A program made the position numbers and the translations under genes. DNA of 64,000 nucleotides from Faecalimonas sp. (GTDB lineage Bacteria > Bacillota > Clostridia > Lachnospirales > Lachnospiraceae): contig JAZQXU010000037.1 in NCBI GenBank assembly GCA_045632945.1, positions 95,369 to 159,368 on the forward strand. The letters run 5' to 3'. Within the stretch, counting starts at the first letter, position 1. Each line of letters opens with the position of its first letter. This document shows positions 19,166-29,390 of this stretch, in pieces. The notes beneath the pieces were generated by a model. The model saw only the letters and a program-made list of their open reading frames with translations, searched no databases and was not told the DNA's origin.

Positions 19166-19303
19166 GTGAAAAGTATAACACAAGATACATATGGCCACAA
19201 GTAAAAAATCGAACGTTTTTTACAACCATTTTTGTGAGATGTAACCGTGAAAAATAATAAAAAGAAACCCATGAATAAATTCCGGGTTTCTTTTCCTTTA
19301 CTT

Positions 19304-19591
19304 CTATCGGTTATTATTATCCCTATTTTCATTACGATTATCGTCATTATTTCCTGTGACATCATCTGTAATGTCATCTACACCATTACCAATATCATCG
19401 ATCACATCGCCTGTTGCATTACCGATGTCATCTACGATATTTCCATCGTCTGTATCTCTACCCTCTGTCACATCATTGTTCGTGTTATTTGTACCATCAT
19501 CCGTGGTATCGTTTTTCATGCCACAGGCAGTTGTTGCTACAATAACTCCCAAGCATAACATTGCCAAAAGAACTTTCTTGAAACTTTTCAT
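19304..19591 (-). CDS. Small acidic, disordered lipoprotein
   Basis: Lipobox-like ATTAC after a hydrophobic signal; D/N/T-rich with repeated DDIGN. Confidence 0.8.
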   Translation of the reverse strand: MKSFKKVLLAMLCLGVIVATTACGMKNDTTDDGTNNTNNDVTEGRDTDDGNIVDDIGNATGDVIDDIGNGVDDITDDVTGNNDDNRNENRDNNNR

Positions 19592-19715
19592 ATCTGTCTC
19601 CCTTTCATGTAAATAATATATACTTAATTTAATAAGAATTGCTTCTTGCTAATAATATTTGCATTTCACATAAATCTATACTATTTAACAATTGGGATTT
19701 TTTTACAAAATATAA

Positions 19716-19744
19716 GGGAGTGCACTTCATCACAATGCACTCCC
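19716..19744 (-). terminator. Terminator after dapB
   Basis: GGGAGTGCA / TGCACTCCC inverted repeat. Confidence 0.65.
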
Positions 19745-19748
19745 ATGT

Positions 19749-20507
19749 TTAAAATCGAATTACATCTTGCATGTTATAAAGTCCGGCTTCTTTTCCTTTT
19801 AGGAATTTAGCTGCCTCTACTGCACCTTTTGCAAACACTGCTTTGGAATGTGCCGTATGTTTGAATTCGATGACTTCATCTTCACCTGCATAAATTACTT
19901 CGTGTTCGCCGACGATTGTTCCACCACGAACAGCTGAAATACCAATCTCTGTCTTTTCACGTTTTTTACGAATCTGGCTTCTATCATACGTGTAGGTATA
20001 TTCGTTATTTAACGCTTCATTAACCGAAGCCGCCATAGCGAGTGCCGTTCCACTTGGTGCATCTACTTTTTGATTATGATGCTTTTCCACAATCTCGATA
20101 TCAAATCCTGCCGGTGCCAAAATCTTCGTTGCATCTTGCAATAATTTCAGAAGCATGTTAACTCCCAAAGACATATTTGCCGACTTCAGCACTGCAACTT
20201 TCTCGCTTGCAGCTTTTACCTTAGCAAGTTGCTCTTCTGATAAACCTGTCGTACAAAGTACAACCGGAACTTGTTTTTCCACACAATAATCTAATAACTC
20301 ATCGATTGCAGAAGCATTTGAAAAGTCGATGATTACATCTGCTTCCACATCACATTTTACAATACTGTCAAATACAGGATAGTCATTTGGAATTCCCATA
20401 TATTTATCAATTCCGGCTACCATCTCTGCGCTTGCATCTTCTTTTACTATTTTCGTAATGACCTGCCCCATTTTTCCGTTGCAGCCATGCATTATTATCT
20501 TAACCAT
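19749..20507 (-). CDS. dapB: 4-hydroxy-tetrahydrodipicolinate reductase
   Basis: GCNGKMG, EKHHNQKVDAPSGTA, RGGTIVGEH. Confidence 0.95.
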   Translation of the reverse strand: MVKIIMHGCNGKMGQVITKIVKEDASAEMVAGIDKYMGIPNDYPVFDSIVKCDVEADVIIDFSNASAIDELLDYCVEKQVPVVLCTTGLSEEQLAKVKAASEKVAVLKSANMSLGVNMLLKLLQDATKILAPAGFDIEIVEKHHNQKVDAPSGTALAMAASVNEALNNEYTYTYDRSQIRKKREKTEIGISAVRGGTIVGEHEVIYAGEDEVIEFKHTAHSKAVFAKGAVEAAKFLKGKEAGLYNMQDVIRF

Positions 20508-20517
20508 CGTTTTATCC

Positions 20518-21402
20518 TTATAAAATTCCATATTCTTTCATTGCTTTCGCAAGTTTTTCAGCATTACCTTCTGTCATCTCTGTGAGTGGCATACGAAGCG
20601 GACCAACTTCCATTCCCATAAGGTTCATAGCCTTTTTAACCGGAATTGGATTTACTTCGCTAAATAAAGCATCAACGAGTGGTAACGCTTTCAATTGTGC
20701 CTCGCAGCTTCCCTTTACATCGCCTGCTAAATATTTCGCGCAAATGTCGTGTGTCTGTTGTGGTGCCACGTTTGCGAGTACAGAAATAACTCCGAGACCG
20801 CCAAGTGACATAATCGGAACAATCTGGTCGTCGTTACCGGAATACAAATCAATGTTACCATCTGTCAAATTCATAATCTTTGCAATCTGAGAAATGTTTC
20901 CCGAAGCTTCCTTGATGCCCACGATGTTATCAACATTCTTTACAAGCGCTGCTGCTGTCTCAGGCGCAATATTCACACCTGTTCTGCTTGCTACGCTGTA
21001 CATAATAATCGGCGCTTTTGCTTCGTTTGCGATTGCAGTGTAATGAGCAACAAGCCCTGCTTGTGTACATTTATTGTAATATGGTGTTACCACAAGGAGA
21101 CCGTCTGCTCCCGCCTCTACAGCTTCCTTTGATAACTCAATTGCTGTCTTGGTGCAGTTAGAACCTGTTCCTGCTACAACAGGAATACGTCCTTTTGTAA
21201 ACTCCACTGCCTTTTTAATGCAATCCACATGTTCCTGCTCTGTCATCGTTGCAGACTCACCTGTTGTACCGCATATAATAATGCTATCTGTTCCATTATT
21301 ACAGTGAAAATCTATTAATTCCTCTAATTTATTATAATTAATGCTACCATCTGCGTGAAATGGTGTAACAATTGCCACGCCGGATCCTGTAAAAATAGCC
21401 AT
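20518..21402 (-). CDS. dapA: 4-hydroxy-tetrahydrodipicolinate synthase
   Basis: GTTGES, TPYYNK, GIKEASG, NPIPVK. Confidence 0.95.
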   Translation of the reverse strand: MAIFTGSGVAIVTPFHADGSINYNKLEELIDFHCNNGTDSIIICGTTGESATMTEQEHVDCIKKAVEFTKGRIPVVAGTGSNCTKTAIELSKEAVEAGADGLLVVTPYYNKCTQAGLVAHYTAIANEAKAPIIMYSVASRTGVNIAPETAAALVKNVDNIVGIKEASGNISQIAKIMNLTDGNIDLYSGNDDQIVPIMSLGGLGVISVLANVAPQQTHDICAKYLAGDVKGSCEAQLKALPLVDALFSEVNPIPVKKAMNLMGMEVGPLRMPLTEMTEGNAEKLAKAMKEYGIL

Positions 21403-21470
21403 AATATTTCCTCCCTATCCGTGTAATTACTCCTTCTCTCACAAGATTTTAGCACCATTTACATCTTCTG

Positions 21471-22100
21471 TCAATCTATGACACACTCAAGTTTGCTCAC
21501 AGAGACTTCGTAAGCTGTTCGCTTTTCTGTTTCCGTGTCTGTTAATTTTTTTACGTATTCACGACTTTGAATTCTACCCAATATCTGCACGTGTTCTCCA
21601 ACTTCGAATCCCGAAGCAAATCTCGCATTTCTTCCCCAGCAAATGCATGGAATATAGTCTGATTTTCCGTATGGTCTGTTAACTGCCAATAACAAATCTG
21701 CAATCTCTCGGCCAAGTGGAGTTTTTCTGTAAATTGGCTTTTTACAAATATAACCATCTAGTAAAATAGTGTTTGTTTTCGCACCATCTACCTCTTCTTC
21801 AACAAATGATACTTCTCTTACAAAAACGGATAATACAAGCCTGTTTTTGTGCTCCTCGTGCTGATTATAAGAACGGAACTGTCCTGTAACCATTATGTAT
21901 TCGCCCGTATAATCCTGCTGCACATCAATGAGTCTTTCTGAAATCATAAGCGGGATTCTGTCATCCGAACTACTGAGACGCTTTACTAAAACATCTACCA
22001 TATAGAACCCCTCTCCAAATACTTCGTGACTAAACACGAATTCTGACGCCACTTCTCCTATAATTGTGACTTGGTTGTTTTCGATAATCTTATCTGACAT
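21471..22100 (-). CDS. ssb: Single-stranded DNA-binding protein, tandem two-OB-fold clostridial type
   Basis: FSHEVFGEGFY, RKTPLGREIADLLLAVNRPYGKSDYIPCICWGRNA; no acidic C-terminal tip. Confidence 0.85.
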   Translation of the reverse strand: MSDKIIENNQVTIIGEVASEFVFSHEVFGEGFYMVDVLVKRLSSSDDRIPLMISERLIDVQQDYTGEYIMVTGQFRSYNQHEEHKNRLVLSVFVREVSFVEEEVDGAKTNTILLDGYICKKPIYRKTPLGREIADLLLAVNRPYGKSDYIPCICWGRNARFASGFEVGEHVQILGRIQSREYVKKLTDTETEKRTAYEVSVSKLECVID

Positions 22101-22203
22101 GAATTTAAAATCTCCCTTCCTCTGTCTTGTACTTTTCATTCATTAAACAGTGTATGAAGGGAGATTCTTGTTTAGAACCAATATAAAATTTTTATTCCAT
22201 GTT

Positions 22204-22860
22204 TCATTCGTCAAAAATTTGCATTTTTCCACCAATTTCGGCAAAATAACATTCTTGTTGCAAATCCAAGATAGCCTGTCCGTTTGTTCCCTCAGTAATT
22301 TCGGTCATCACGATTTTAATTTCTGCTTCCGGTAGCAAGACCTCTAACTGAACATTTTCCGTATATACAGTATCTAAAATAGTAAGGCCTCTCTGTGCCA
22401 AAATATATTGAATCTTACCAAGCCCCGTATAATCCGTGCGAATCATCAATTTCTGTCCGTACTGTTTGGTAATAACCGTACTTGCCATAAGTCCTGCCTT
22501 CGTAGCAGATGAATAGGCTCGTACCAATCCACCCGTTCCCAAGAGCGTTCCGCCAAAATACCTGGTTACTACAACTGCCACATCACAAATTGCTTCTCCC
22601 AAAATAACATCAAGCATTGGTTTGCCTGCCGTACCACTCGGTTCCCCGTCATCACTGCAGCGCTGCACATGTAAGTTCTTTCCTATTACATATGCAAAAC
22701 AGTTGTGGGTTGCATTCCAATATTTTTTCTTCATGGCGTCAATAAATGCAATTGCTTCTTCTTCGGTTTTCACAGGGAGAACGGTAGCAATAAATCTAGA
22801 TTTTTTCTCTACTATTTCAGCTTCCCCACCTTCGTAAACCGTTTTATATTCATTCATCAT
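22204..22860 (-). CDS. yigZ: YigZ/IMPACT family protein
   Basis: EKKSRFIA, ATHNCFAY, SDDGEPSGTAG, VTRYFGGTLLGTGGLVRAY. Confidence 0.92.
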   Translation of the reverse strand: MMNEYKTVYEGGEAEIVEKKSRFIATVLPVKTEEEAIAFIDAMKKKYWNATHNCFAYVIGKNLHVQRCSDDGEPSGTAGKPMLDVILGEAICDVAVVVTRYFGGTLLGTGGLVRAYSSATKAGLMASTVITKQYGQKLMIRTDYTGLGKIQYILAQRGLTILDTVYTENVQLEVLLPEAEIKIVMTEITEGTNGQAILDLQQECYFAEIGGKMQIFDE

Positions 22861-23002
22861 ATCATTCACCTTTTTTGTATTTTCTATTACTATAACAGAT
22901 TTTCTTAAGAAATTCCTATAAAAAGGTGAACTTTTTATTTTTCCCTTTATTTCACACAGTAAATTTGCTATAATATCTCTCGAAATAAAGGAGGCTATAC
23001 TC

Positions 23003-25480
23003 ATGAATTATGGAAAAAAGAATACTTCAAAGCGTCGCGCGAATATTCAGTCGAAGGCTGCTCTGAAGAGAAAACGGACAAGGGTGCGTTTGTTTAAGGC
23101 CTGTCTGATTGGAATTCTCGGTTTGGGAATACTTGGGCTTATTGGCGGCGGACTTCTGTTCAAGAAAATAATTGATGATACCCCACAGATTACTGCAGAT
23201 GACCTTAAGCCTTCTGCATACACTACGACAGCATATGCCAATGATGAGGAAACCATTCTCGGTACTTTCGTAAGTGCAGGCTCAAACCGAGTGTTTACTT
23301 CATTGGATAATATTCCAAAATATTTACAAGATGCTTTCATAGCTGTGGAAGACTCTCGTTTCTATGAACACAATGGAATCGATATAAAAGGTATTGCCAG
23401 AGCTGCTGTTACCGGTCTTGCTTCCGGTGAGTTTTCTCAAGGTGGAAGTACCATTACACAACAGCTGATTAAAAACAGTGTTTTCCCGAATTTTAGCAAC
23501 GAAACAAAATTAGAGAAAATCGAACGTAAAATTCAAGAATGGTATCTGGCTGTACAAGTGGAAAAGCTGGTCGATAAAGACGAAATTCTGGAAAACTATT
23601 TGAATACAATCAACCTTGGACAGAATACACTTGGTGTTCAAGCGGCATCAAAGCGTTATTTTGGAAAAGATGTAAGCGAACTGACCCTGTCAGAATGTGC
23701 AACCATTGCTGCTATTACAAAGAGTCCGAGCGGGTATAATCCAATTACCAACCCTGATGCAAATGAAAAGCGTCGTGAAAAAGTATTAGGTGATATGTTA
23801 AGTCAAGAATGTATTTCCGATGCTGAATACAAAAAAGCGATGTCAGACACGAACAGCGTATACAACCGCATTCAAATTGCTAACTCAAAGTATACGGAAA
23901 GTTTAACTGTGAATTCATACTTTTTGGATGAAGTTGCAAAAGTTGTTATTCAGGACTTGATTGACGAATTAGGTTACACAGAAACACAAGCGTATAATGC
24001 TGTTTACAGCGGCGGTTTGAAAATCGTCACGACACAAGACCTGACGATCCAAGAGATTTGTGATGAAGAGTTAAATGATCCATCTAATTATCCGGCACAA
24101 GTGGATTGGACCGTAACTGGCGCTATCACCATTACTCATCAAGACGGTACACAAAAACATTATGACCATAACACCTTCGGCAATTATGTCAAAAAAGAAT
24201 ATGGTCCGACTTATAAGAAAAAATACAAAAAAAATTTGGAATATCCAACTACATTTTCTTCCAAAGATGAAGCAAATAATTGGTTGGACAAATATATTGA
24301 GTCACTGAAAACAAGCCCGAACGACACTGTCTTAACGAATCTCACACTATCCGCACAGCCACAAGCAACTATCGTTGTTATGGACCAACGTACAGGATAT
24401 GTGAAAGCAATGGTAGGTGGACGTGGCGAGAAAACCGCTAACATGAGTTTGAACCGTGCGACTCAGTCTCCAAGACAGCCTGGTTCAACATTTAAGATTG
24501 TATCTACCTATATACCGGCATTAGACATGAACGGGGATACGCTCTCAACCACCATCAAGGATGCCCCTTATAGTTACAAAGACGGAACTCCTATCAAAAA
24601 CTGGTGGGGTGGATATTGGGGCAATATGACAATTCGTAAGTGTATTGAACAGTCAGCAAATATTTGCTCTGTGAAAAAGTATACAGAGATCACTCCTTCG
24701 GTCGGCATGAAATATTTGACCGAGAACTTTAAATTTACTACGTTGGACCCCGTAAAGGATGCAGGACAAGCTGTAGCTCTTGGCGGTTTGACATATGGCG
24801 TTTATAACATCGAATTAACTGCCGCTTATGCTTCCATTGCAAACTTGGGAACTTATACAGAACCTATCTTATATACTCATATTTATGATAATGATGGCAA
24901 TCTGTTATATGAAAATACACCTAAGACACATACTGCTATGAAAGAGAGCACGGCCGCATTAATCACAAGTGCTATGGAAGACGTTGTGAAGAAAGGTTCC
25001 GGTTCATCTGCACGATTATCAAATATGTCATGTGCAGGGAAAACAGGTACCACCAGTGATACACGAGATTTATGGTTTGCAGGTTATACACCATATCTCA
25101 CTGCTTCTGTTTGGACAGGTTATGATGACAATCAAGAATTAGCAGGTGGAGGTCATCACAAAACAATTTGGCGTAAAGTAATGCAACGCATTCATGAAGA
25201 ATTTGAATATGAAAACGTTGAATTTGAAATACCAAATTCTGTTGAGAAAAAGACAATGTGTAGCAAAACCGGTAAATTAGCAAGCAGCGATGCTTGTAGT
25301 AAATACACCGAGTATTATGCGGAAGGAACCGGCCCAACTCAAAGTTGTCCTGGACACGCCGATGCAGTTCCACCGGCAGACAGCACAACCGGAGGCACAA
25401 CCGGTGATACCACTGGCGATACAGCAGATGACACAACGAATGAAACAACAGATGAGACGACAAACAACACTACACCTTAA
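23003..25480 (+). CDS. ponA: Class A penicillin-binding protein (PBP1A)
   Basis: Transglycosylase EDSRFYEHNG and GGSTITQQL; transpeptidase STFK, SAN, KTGT. Confidence 0.92.
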   Translation: MNYGKKNTSKRRANIQSKAALKRKRTRVRLFKACLIGILGLGILGLIGGGLLFKKIIDDTPQITADDLKPSAYTTTAYANDEETILGTFVSAGSNRVFTSLDNIPKYLQDAFIAVEDSRFYEHNGIDIKGIARAAVTGLASGEFSQGGSTITQQLIKNSVFPNFSNETKLEKIERKIQEWYLAVQVEKLVDKDEILENYLNTINLGQNTLGVQAASKRYFGKDVSELTLSECATIAAITKSPSGYNPITNPDANEKRREKVLGDMLSQECISDAEYKKAMSDTNSVYNRIQIANSKYTESLTVNSYFLDEVAKVVIQDLIDELGYTETQAYNAVYSGGLKIVTTQDLTIQEICDEELNDPSNYPAQVDWTVTGAITITHQDGTQKHYDHNTFGNYVKKEYGPTYKKKYKKNLEYPTTFSSKDEANNWLDKYIESLKTSPNDTVLTNLTLSAQPQATIVVMDQRTGYVKAMVGGRGEKTANMSLNRATQSPRQPGSTFKIVSTYIPALDMNGDTLSTTIKDAPYSYKDGTPIKNWWGGYWGNMTIRKCIEQSANICSVKKYTEITPSVGMKYLTENFKFTTLDPVKDAGQAVALGGLTYGVYNIELTAAYASIANLGTYTEPILYTHIYDNDGNLLYENTPKTHTAMKESTAALITSAMEDVVKKGSGSSARLSNMSCAGKTGTTSDTRDLWFAGYTPYLTASVWTGYDDNQELAGGGHHKTIWRKVMQRIHEEFEYENVEFEIPNSVEKKTMCSKTGKLASSDACSKYTEYYAEGTGPTQSCPGHADAVPPADSTTGGTTGDTTGDTADDTTNETTDETTNNTTP

Positions 25481-25488
25481 CAAAACAA

Positions 25489-25525
25489 AAGACGCTGAGT
25501 TTTGATATGATAAACTCAGCGTCTT
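25489..25525. terminator. Bidirectional terminator
   Basis: 14-bp inverted repeat AAGACGCTGAGTTT / AAACTCAGCGTCTT. Confidence 0.8.
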
Positions 25526-25536
25526 ATTTATTGTCT

Positions 25537-26475
25537 CTATGGTTGCAACACCAACTTGGCAGCACCGTATATACCTGCGTCATTTTGTAATTGAGCTAAT
25601 ACAAATTCTGCATTTTCACAAGTGTTAAATGCCTTCTCTACATAATACTTTTTAATATAATCCAGCAGTATTTCTCCCGCTTTTGAAACACCGCCTCCAA
25701 TCACAAACACCTCCGGATCAAGCACTGCACCTATGTTAGAGAGTGCATATCCCAAATATGCACCGAATTCTTCTGCGATTTCTTTTGCAACTTCATCATC
25801 AGCCTTAACTGCATCAAACACATCCTTTGCTGTGATATTCTCCTCTGATAATATAGTTGGCTTCTGGTTTGTAGCTAATTTTCTTTTTGCCAACCGCGCA
25901 ATTCCTGTTGCGGATGCGTACTGTTCGAGACACCCTGTTTTCCCACAACCACATTTGGCTGTTTCATCAGGCTGTACTACAAGATGTCCAATCTCACCAC
26001 CGCCTCCATTTTTGCCGGAAAGGATACGTCCATTCACAATAATGCCGCCACCAACTCCGGTCCCGAGGGTTACCATAACCAAACTGTTATATCCTTTTCC
26101 GCCTCCTTGCCACATTTCTCCCAATGCAGCTACATTGGCGTCATTCTCCACGCGTACTGACATACCGATTAACTCTTCCAATTCGCGTTTGACTGCTTTA
26201 TATCCCCAGCCGAGATTCGTTGTCTCCATAACCTCTGCGCCATTTACAACAGCTGCAGGAACGCCAAGACCGAGTCCAAGTATATTCTCTTTGCCAAGGC
26301 CATGTTCATTCATTTTTTCTTTTAGTGACGCTGCAATATCGGGCAAAATGCTTTCTCCGGCATTTTCCACTCTCGTTTTAATTTCCCATTTGTCTAATAA
26401 TGTTCCATCTTCTTGAAAGCATCCCATTTTAACAGTTGTACCGCCCAAATCTACTCCAAAGCAATATTTCATCAT
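25537..26475 (-). CDS. glcK: ROK family glucokinase
   Basis: DLGGT, ENDAN, LGTGVGGG, GEIGH, CGCGKTGCLE. Confidence 0.9.
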   Translation of the reverse strand: MMKYCFGVDLGGTTVKMGCFQEDGTLLDKWEIKTRVENAGESILPDIAASLKEKMNEHGLGKENILGLGLGVPAAVVNGAEVMETTNLGWGYKAVKRELEELIGMSVRVENDANVAALGEMWQGGGKGYNSLVMVTLGTGVGGGIIVNGRILSGKNGGGGEIGHLVVQPDETAKCGCGKTGCLEQYASATGIARLAKRKLATNQKPTILSEENITAKDVFDAVKADDEVAKEIAEEFGAYLGYALSNIGAVLDPEVFVIGGGVSKAGEILLDYIKKYYVEKAFNTCENAEFVLAQLQNDAGIYGAAKLVLQP

Positions 26476-26486
26476 GTACTCCTATC

Positions 26487-27413
26487 TTATGATCTGTGTG
26501 TTAAACTTTCTTGTAAACGTCTGTATAATTCTTGTGCTGCATTGTATCCCATTTGTTTTTGTCTGTGGTTAATTGCTGTAGACTCAACAATCACAGCCAG
26601 ATTTCGGCCCGGTCGGATTGGAATCGTATGACACTGAACCTTATTTCCTAAAAATTCAGTATACTCTTCTTCTAATCCCAAACGGTCATATTCTTTTTTC
26701 TTATCCCACTCTTCCATGGTAATAACCAAATCTACATTCTGTGTTTCCTTGATGCTCTGAACACCAAACAGTGATTTGATATCAACGATGCCAATTCCTC
26801 GCACCTCAATCAAATGCTTGGTAATGCTAGGTGCACTTCCAACCAATGTATCATCACTTACTCTGCGGATCTCAACAGCATCGTCAGCCACAAGACGGTG
26901 ACCACGCTTAATCAATTCCAATGCCACTTCACTTTTTCCGATACCGCTCTCTCCCCGAATCAACACGCCAACACCATAAACATCTACAAAAACTCCATGT
27001 ATTGATATACATGGCGCTAATTGTACGTTTAGCCAACGTGTCAATTCTGCCTGAAATGGAGATGTTTTCTGATCAGTTGAAAAGATCGGCGTCTGCGTGC
27101 GAAGTGCCATATTGAGCATTTCCTCATCTGGCAGTATCTCAGTCGTATATACAAGACATGGTATTCCATACGCCAACAATCTTTCATAAACTTCTTTCTT
27201 GCGCTCTTCGCTCAGCGTCTGCAAATATGTGTATTCCACATATCCGATAATCTGTACTCTCACGCTGTCGAAATGGTCAAAATATCCAGTTAACTGCAAC
27301 GCCGGTCGATTAATATCCGGAACAGTAATATATTTTTCTGTTAAATCGATATCCGGTGTGAGATTTTTTAAATTCATTTTTTCAATTAGGTCTGTTAGTT
27401 TAACACCTGACAT
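26487..27413 (-). CDS. hprK: HPr kinase/phosphorylase
   Basis: GESGIGKSE, LVADD, EVRGIG, PGRN. Confidence 0.96.
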   Translation of the reverse strand: MSGVKLTDLIEKMNLKNLTPDIDLTEKYITVPDINRPALQLTGYFDHFDSVRVQIIGYVEYTYLQTLSEERKKEVYERLLAYGIPCLVYTTEILPDEEMLNMALRTQTPIFSTDQKTSPFQAELTRWLNVQLAPCISIHGVFVDVYGVGVLIRGESGIGKSEVALELIKRGHRLVADDAVEIRRVSDDTLVGSAPSITKHLIEVRGIGIVDIKSLFGVQSIKETQNVDLVITMEEWDKKKEYDRLGLEEEYTEFLGNKVQCHTIPIRPGRNLAVIVESTAINHRQKQMGYNAAQELYRRLQESLTHRS

Positions 27414-27450
27414 ATGTTAACCTCTTTTCTTATTTTTTTAAATCATACCA

Positions 27451-29289
27451 TTAATGGAAGAAATTGTACACTTGGTTCGCAGATTTTTCGTTCATTGATG
27501 GTAAATTTTTCAACTCATCTATACTAGCATTCTTAATTGCATCCAGATTTTTAAAATGTCTCATTAACTCTTTACGTCTGGCAGGACCGATGCCTTTTAT
27601 GTCATCAAGAACAGAATGTACCTGCCCACGACTACGCAGTTTTCGATGGTATTCAATAGCAAACCGATGGACTTCATCCTGAATTCTGGTAATGAGTTTA
27701 AATGCTTCGCCATGTGTATCCAACGCAATCTCTTCGTTTTGATAATAAAGTCCTCTTGTTCTATGGTTGTCGTCTTTTACCATTCCGCAAACCGGAATAT
27801 TAAGATTCAGTTTCTGAAGAACTTCCAACGCAACATTGACTTGTCCTTTTCCACCATCCATCAGAATCAAATCCGGAAAAACAGTAAACTTTCCAAATTC
27901 TTTTCCCTTTTCCATTTCCTCTAGGCCATGTTGGAAACGCCTGGTTAGCATTTCGTTCATACTAGCGTAGTCATCAGGACCTTGCACACTTGTAATCTTA
28001 AATTTGCGATAATCGGTTGGCTTCGGTTTTCCTTTTTCATACACCACCATAGAACCCACTGATGAAAATCCGCTTATATTTGAAATGTCAAACGCTTCCA
28101 TTCGCACAAGTTTTTGCAATCCAAGAAGTCGCTCTATCTCCTTGACCGCTCCAATCGTACGACCTTCCTCGCGTTTCAATCGCTCTTTATCCGACTGCAA
28201 AATTAGTTCCGCATTCTTTCTTGCAAGTTCCACAAGTTTTTCTTTTTCCCCTTTTTTCGGAACTCTGATGTGAACTCGATGTTCTCTTCTTCCTGTAAGC
28301 CATTGTTCCAAAAGTTCTTGTTCATCAATTTCATCTTGCAACATGATTTCCGCCGGCACAAAAGGTGTACCTGCATAAAACTGTTTTATGAAACTACATA
28401 AGATCTCACTCTCTGTGGAATCTTCCACATTTTTAAAGAAGAAATGGTCTCTTCCAAGGAGTCTTCCACCACGAATAAAGAATACCTGCACTACTGCATC
28501 TTCGCTGTCCTTTGCAATGGCAACAACATCTCTGTCCTCGCCTCTACTATCGGTAATCTTTTGTCTTTCCGCAATCTGTCTGACGCTACTTATCAATTCA
28601 CGATATTCAATTGCCTTTTCAAAGTCCATGTTCTCCGACGCCAAAGACATTTTTTCATTCAAGTCGCGCAAGACCTCTTCGTAATGACCGCCTAAGAAAC
28701 GCAATACTTTCTCAATGTTTTGGCGATACTCCTCTTCGGAAATATATCCTTGACACGGTGCATGGCATTGATTGATATGGTAATTCAAACACGGACGTTC
28801 TTTTCCGATATCTTTGGGAAGATTTCGACTACAATTACGAATATTGTATAACTTTCTTAAAAACTCAATCGTATCTTTTACGGATGAAACACTTGTATAC
28901 GGTCCGAAATATTTGGCCTTATCTTTTTTAATCGTGCGTGCCAGCATCACACGCGGATACGCTTCTTGAACAGTTACTTTGATGAAAGGATACCCTTTGT
29001 CATCCATTAACATGGTGTTGTATTTAGGTCTATGTTCTTTAATCAGATTACATTCCAATACTAAAGCTTCCAATTCCGAATCAGTCACTGTGTATTCGAA
29101 ACGTCTGATATGCGTTACCATTTGTTCAATTTTAGCCCCTTTATTCCGACTTGCCTGAAAGTACTGACGAACGCGATTTTTGAGATTGATTGCTTTGCCC
29201 ACATATATGATTTGATCGCTCTCATCATGCATCAGATATACTCCCGGTTTTGCCGGTAACTTTTTTAATTCTTCCTGAATATCAAACAT
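27451..29289 (-). CDS. uvrC: Excinuclease ABC subunit C
   Basis: GVY/YVGKA GIY-YIG domain, [19 protein letters not shown], HhH GIGP. Confidence 0.96.
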   Translation of the reverse strand: MFDIQEELKKLPAKPGVYLMHDESDQIIYVGKAINLKNRVRQYFQASRNKGAKIEQMVTHIRRFEYTVTDSELEALVLECNLIKEHRPKYNTMLMDDKGYPFIKVTVQEAYPRVMLARTIKKDKAKYFGPYTSVSSVKDTIEFLRKLYNIRNCSRNLPKDIGKERPCLNYHINQCHAPCQGYISEEEYRQNIEKVLRFLGGHYEEVLRDLNEKMSLASENMDFEKAIEYRELISSVRQIAERQKITDSRGEDRDVVAIAKDSEDAVVQVFFIRGGRLLGRDHFFFKNVEDSTESEILCSFIKQFYAGTPFVPAEIMLQDEIDEQELLEQWLTGRREHRVHIRVPKKGEKEKLVELARKNAELILQSDKERLKREEGRTIGAVKEIERLLGLQKLVRMEAFDISNISGFSSVGSMVVYEKGKPKPTDYRKFKITSVQGPDDYASMNEMLTRRFQHGLEEMEKGKEFGKFTVFPDLILMDGGKGQVNVALEVLQKLNLNIPVCGMVKDDNHRTRGLYYQNEEIALDTHGEAFKLITRIQDEVHRFAIEYHRKLRSRGQVHSVLDDIKGIGPARRKELMRHFKNLDAIKNASIDELKNLPSMNEKSANQVYNFFH

Positions 29290-29344
29290 ACGCTTCTCCA
29301 TGTGAATCCATCTTAAAAATGCTAAAAATATTATAACACAAAAT

Positions 29345-29382
29345 AAATGGAGAGGCACTGTAAAATCCATGTCTCTCCATTT
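29345..29382 (-). terminator. Terminator after ftsH
   Basis: AAATGGAGAGGCA / TGTCTCTCCATTT stem with a minus-strand U-rich tail. Confidence 0.65.
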
Positions 29383-29390
29383 TTCTATGA

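Noticed and set aside
19066-19616. ORFs 19066-19377(-), 19247-19558(+) and 19356-19616(+)
   Set aside because: Shadow frames of the low-complexity lipoprotein gene and promoter region; no SD
25733-26416. 227-aa antisense ORF over glcK
   Set aside because: Antisense shadow of a conserved gene; Ser/Pro-rich with no motif or SD
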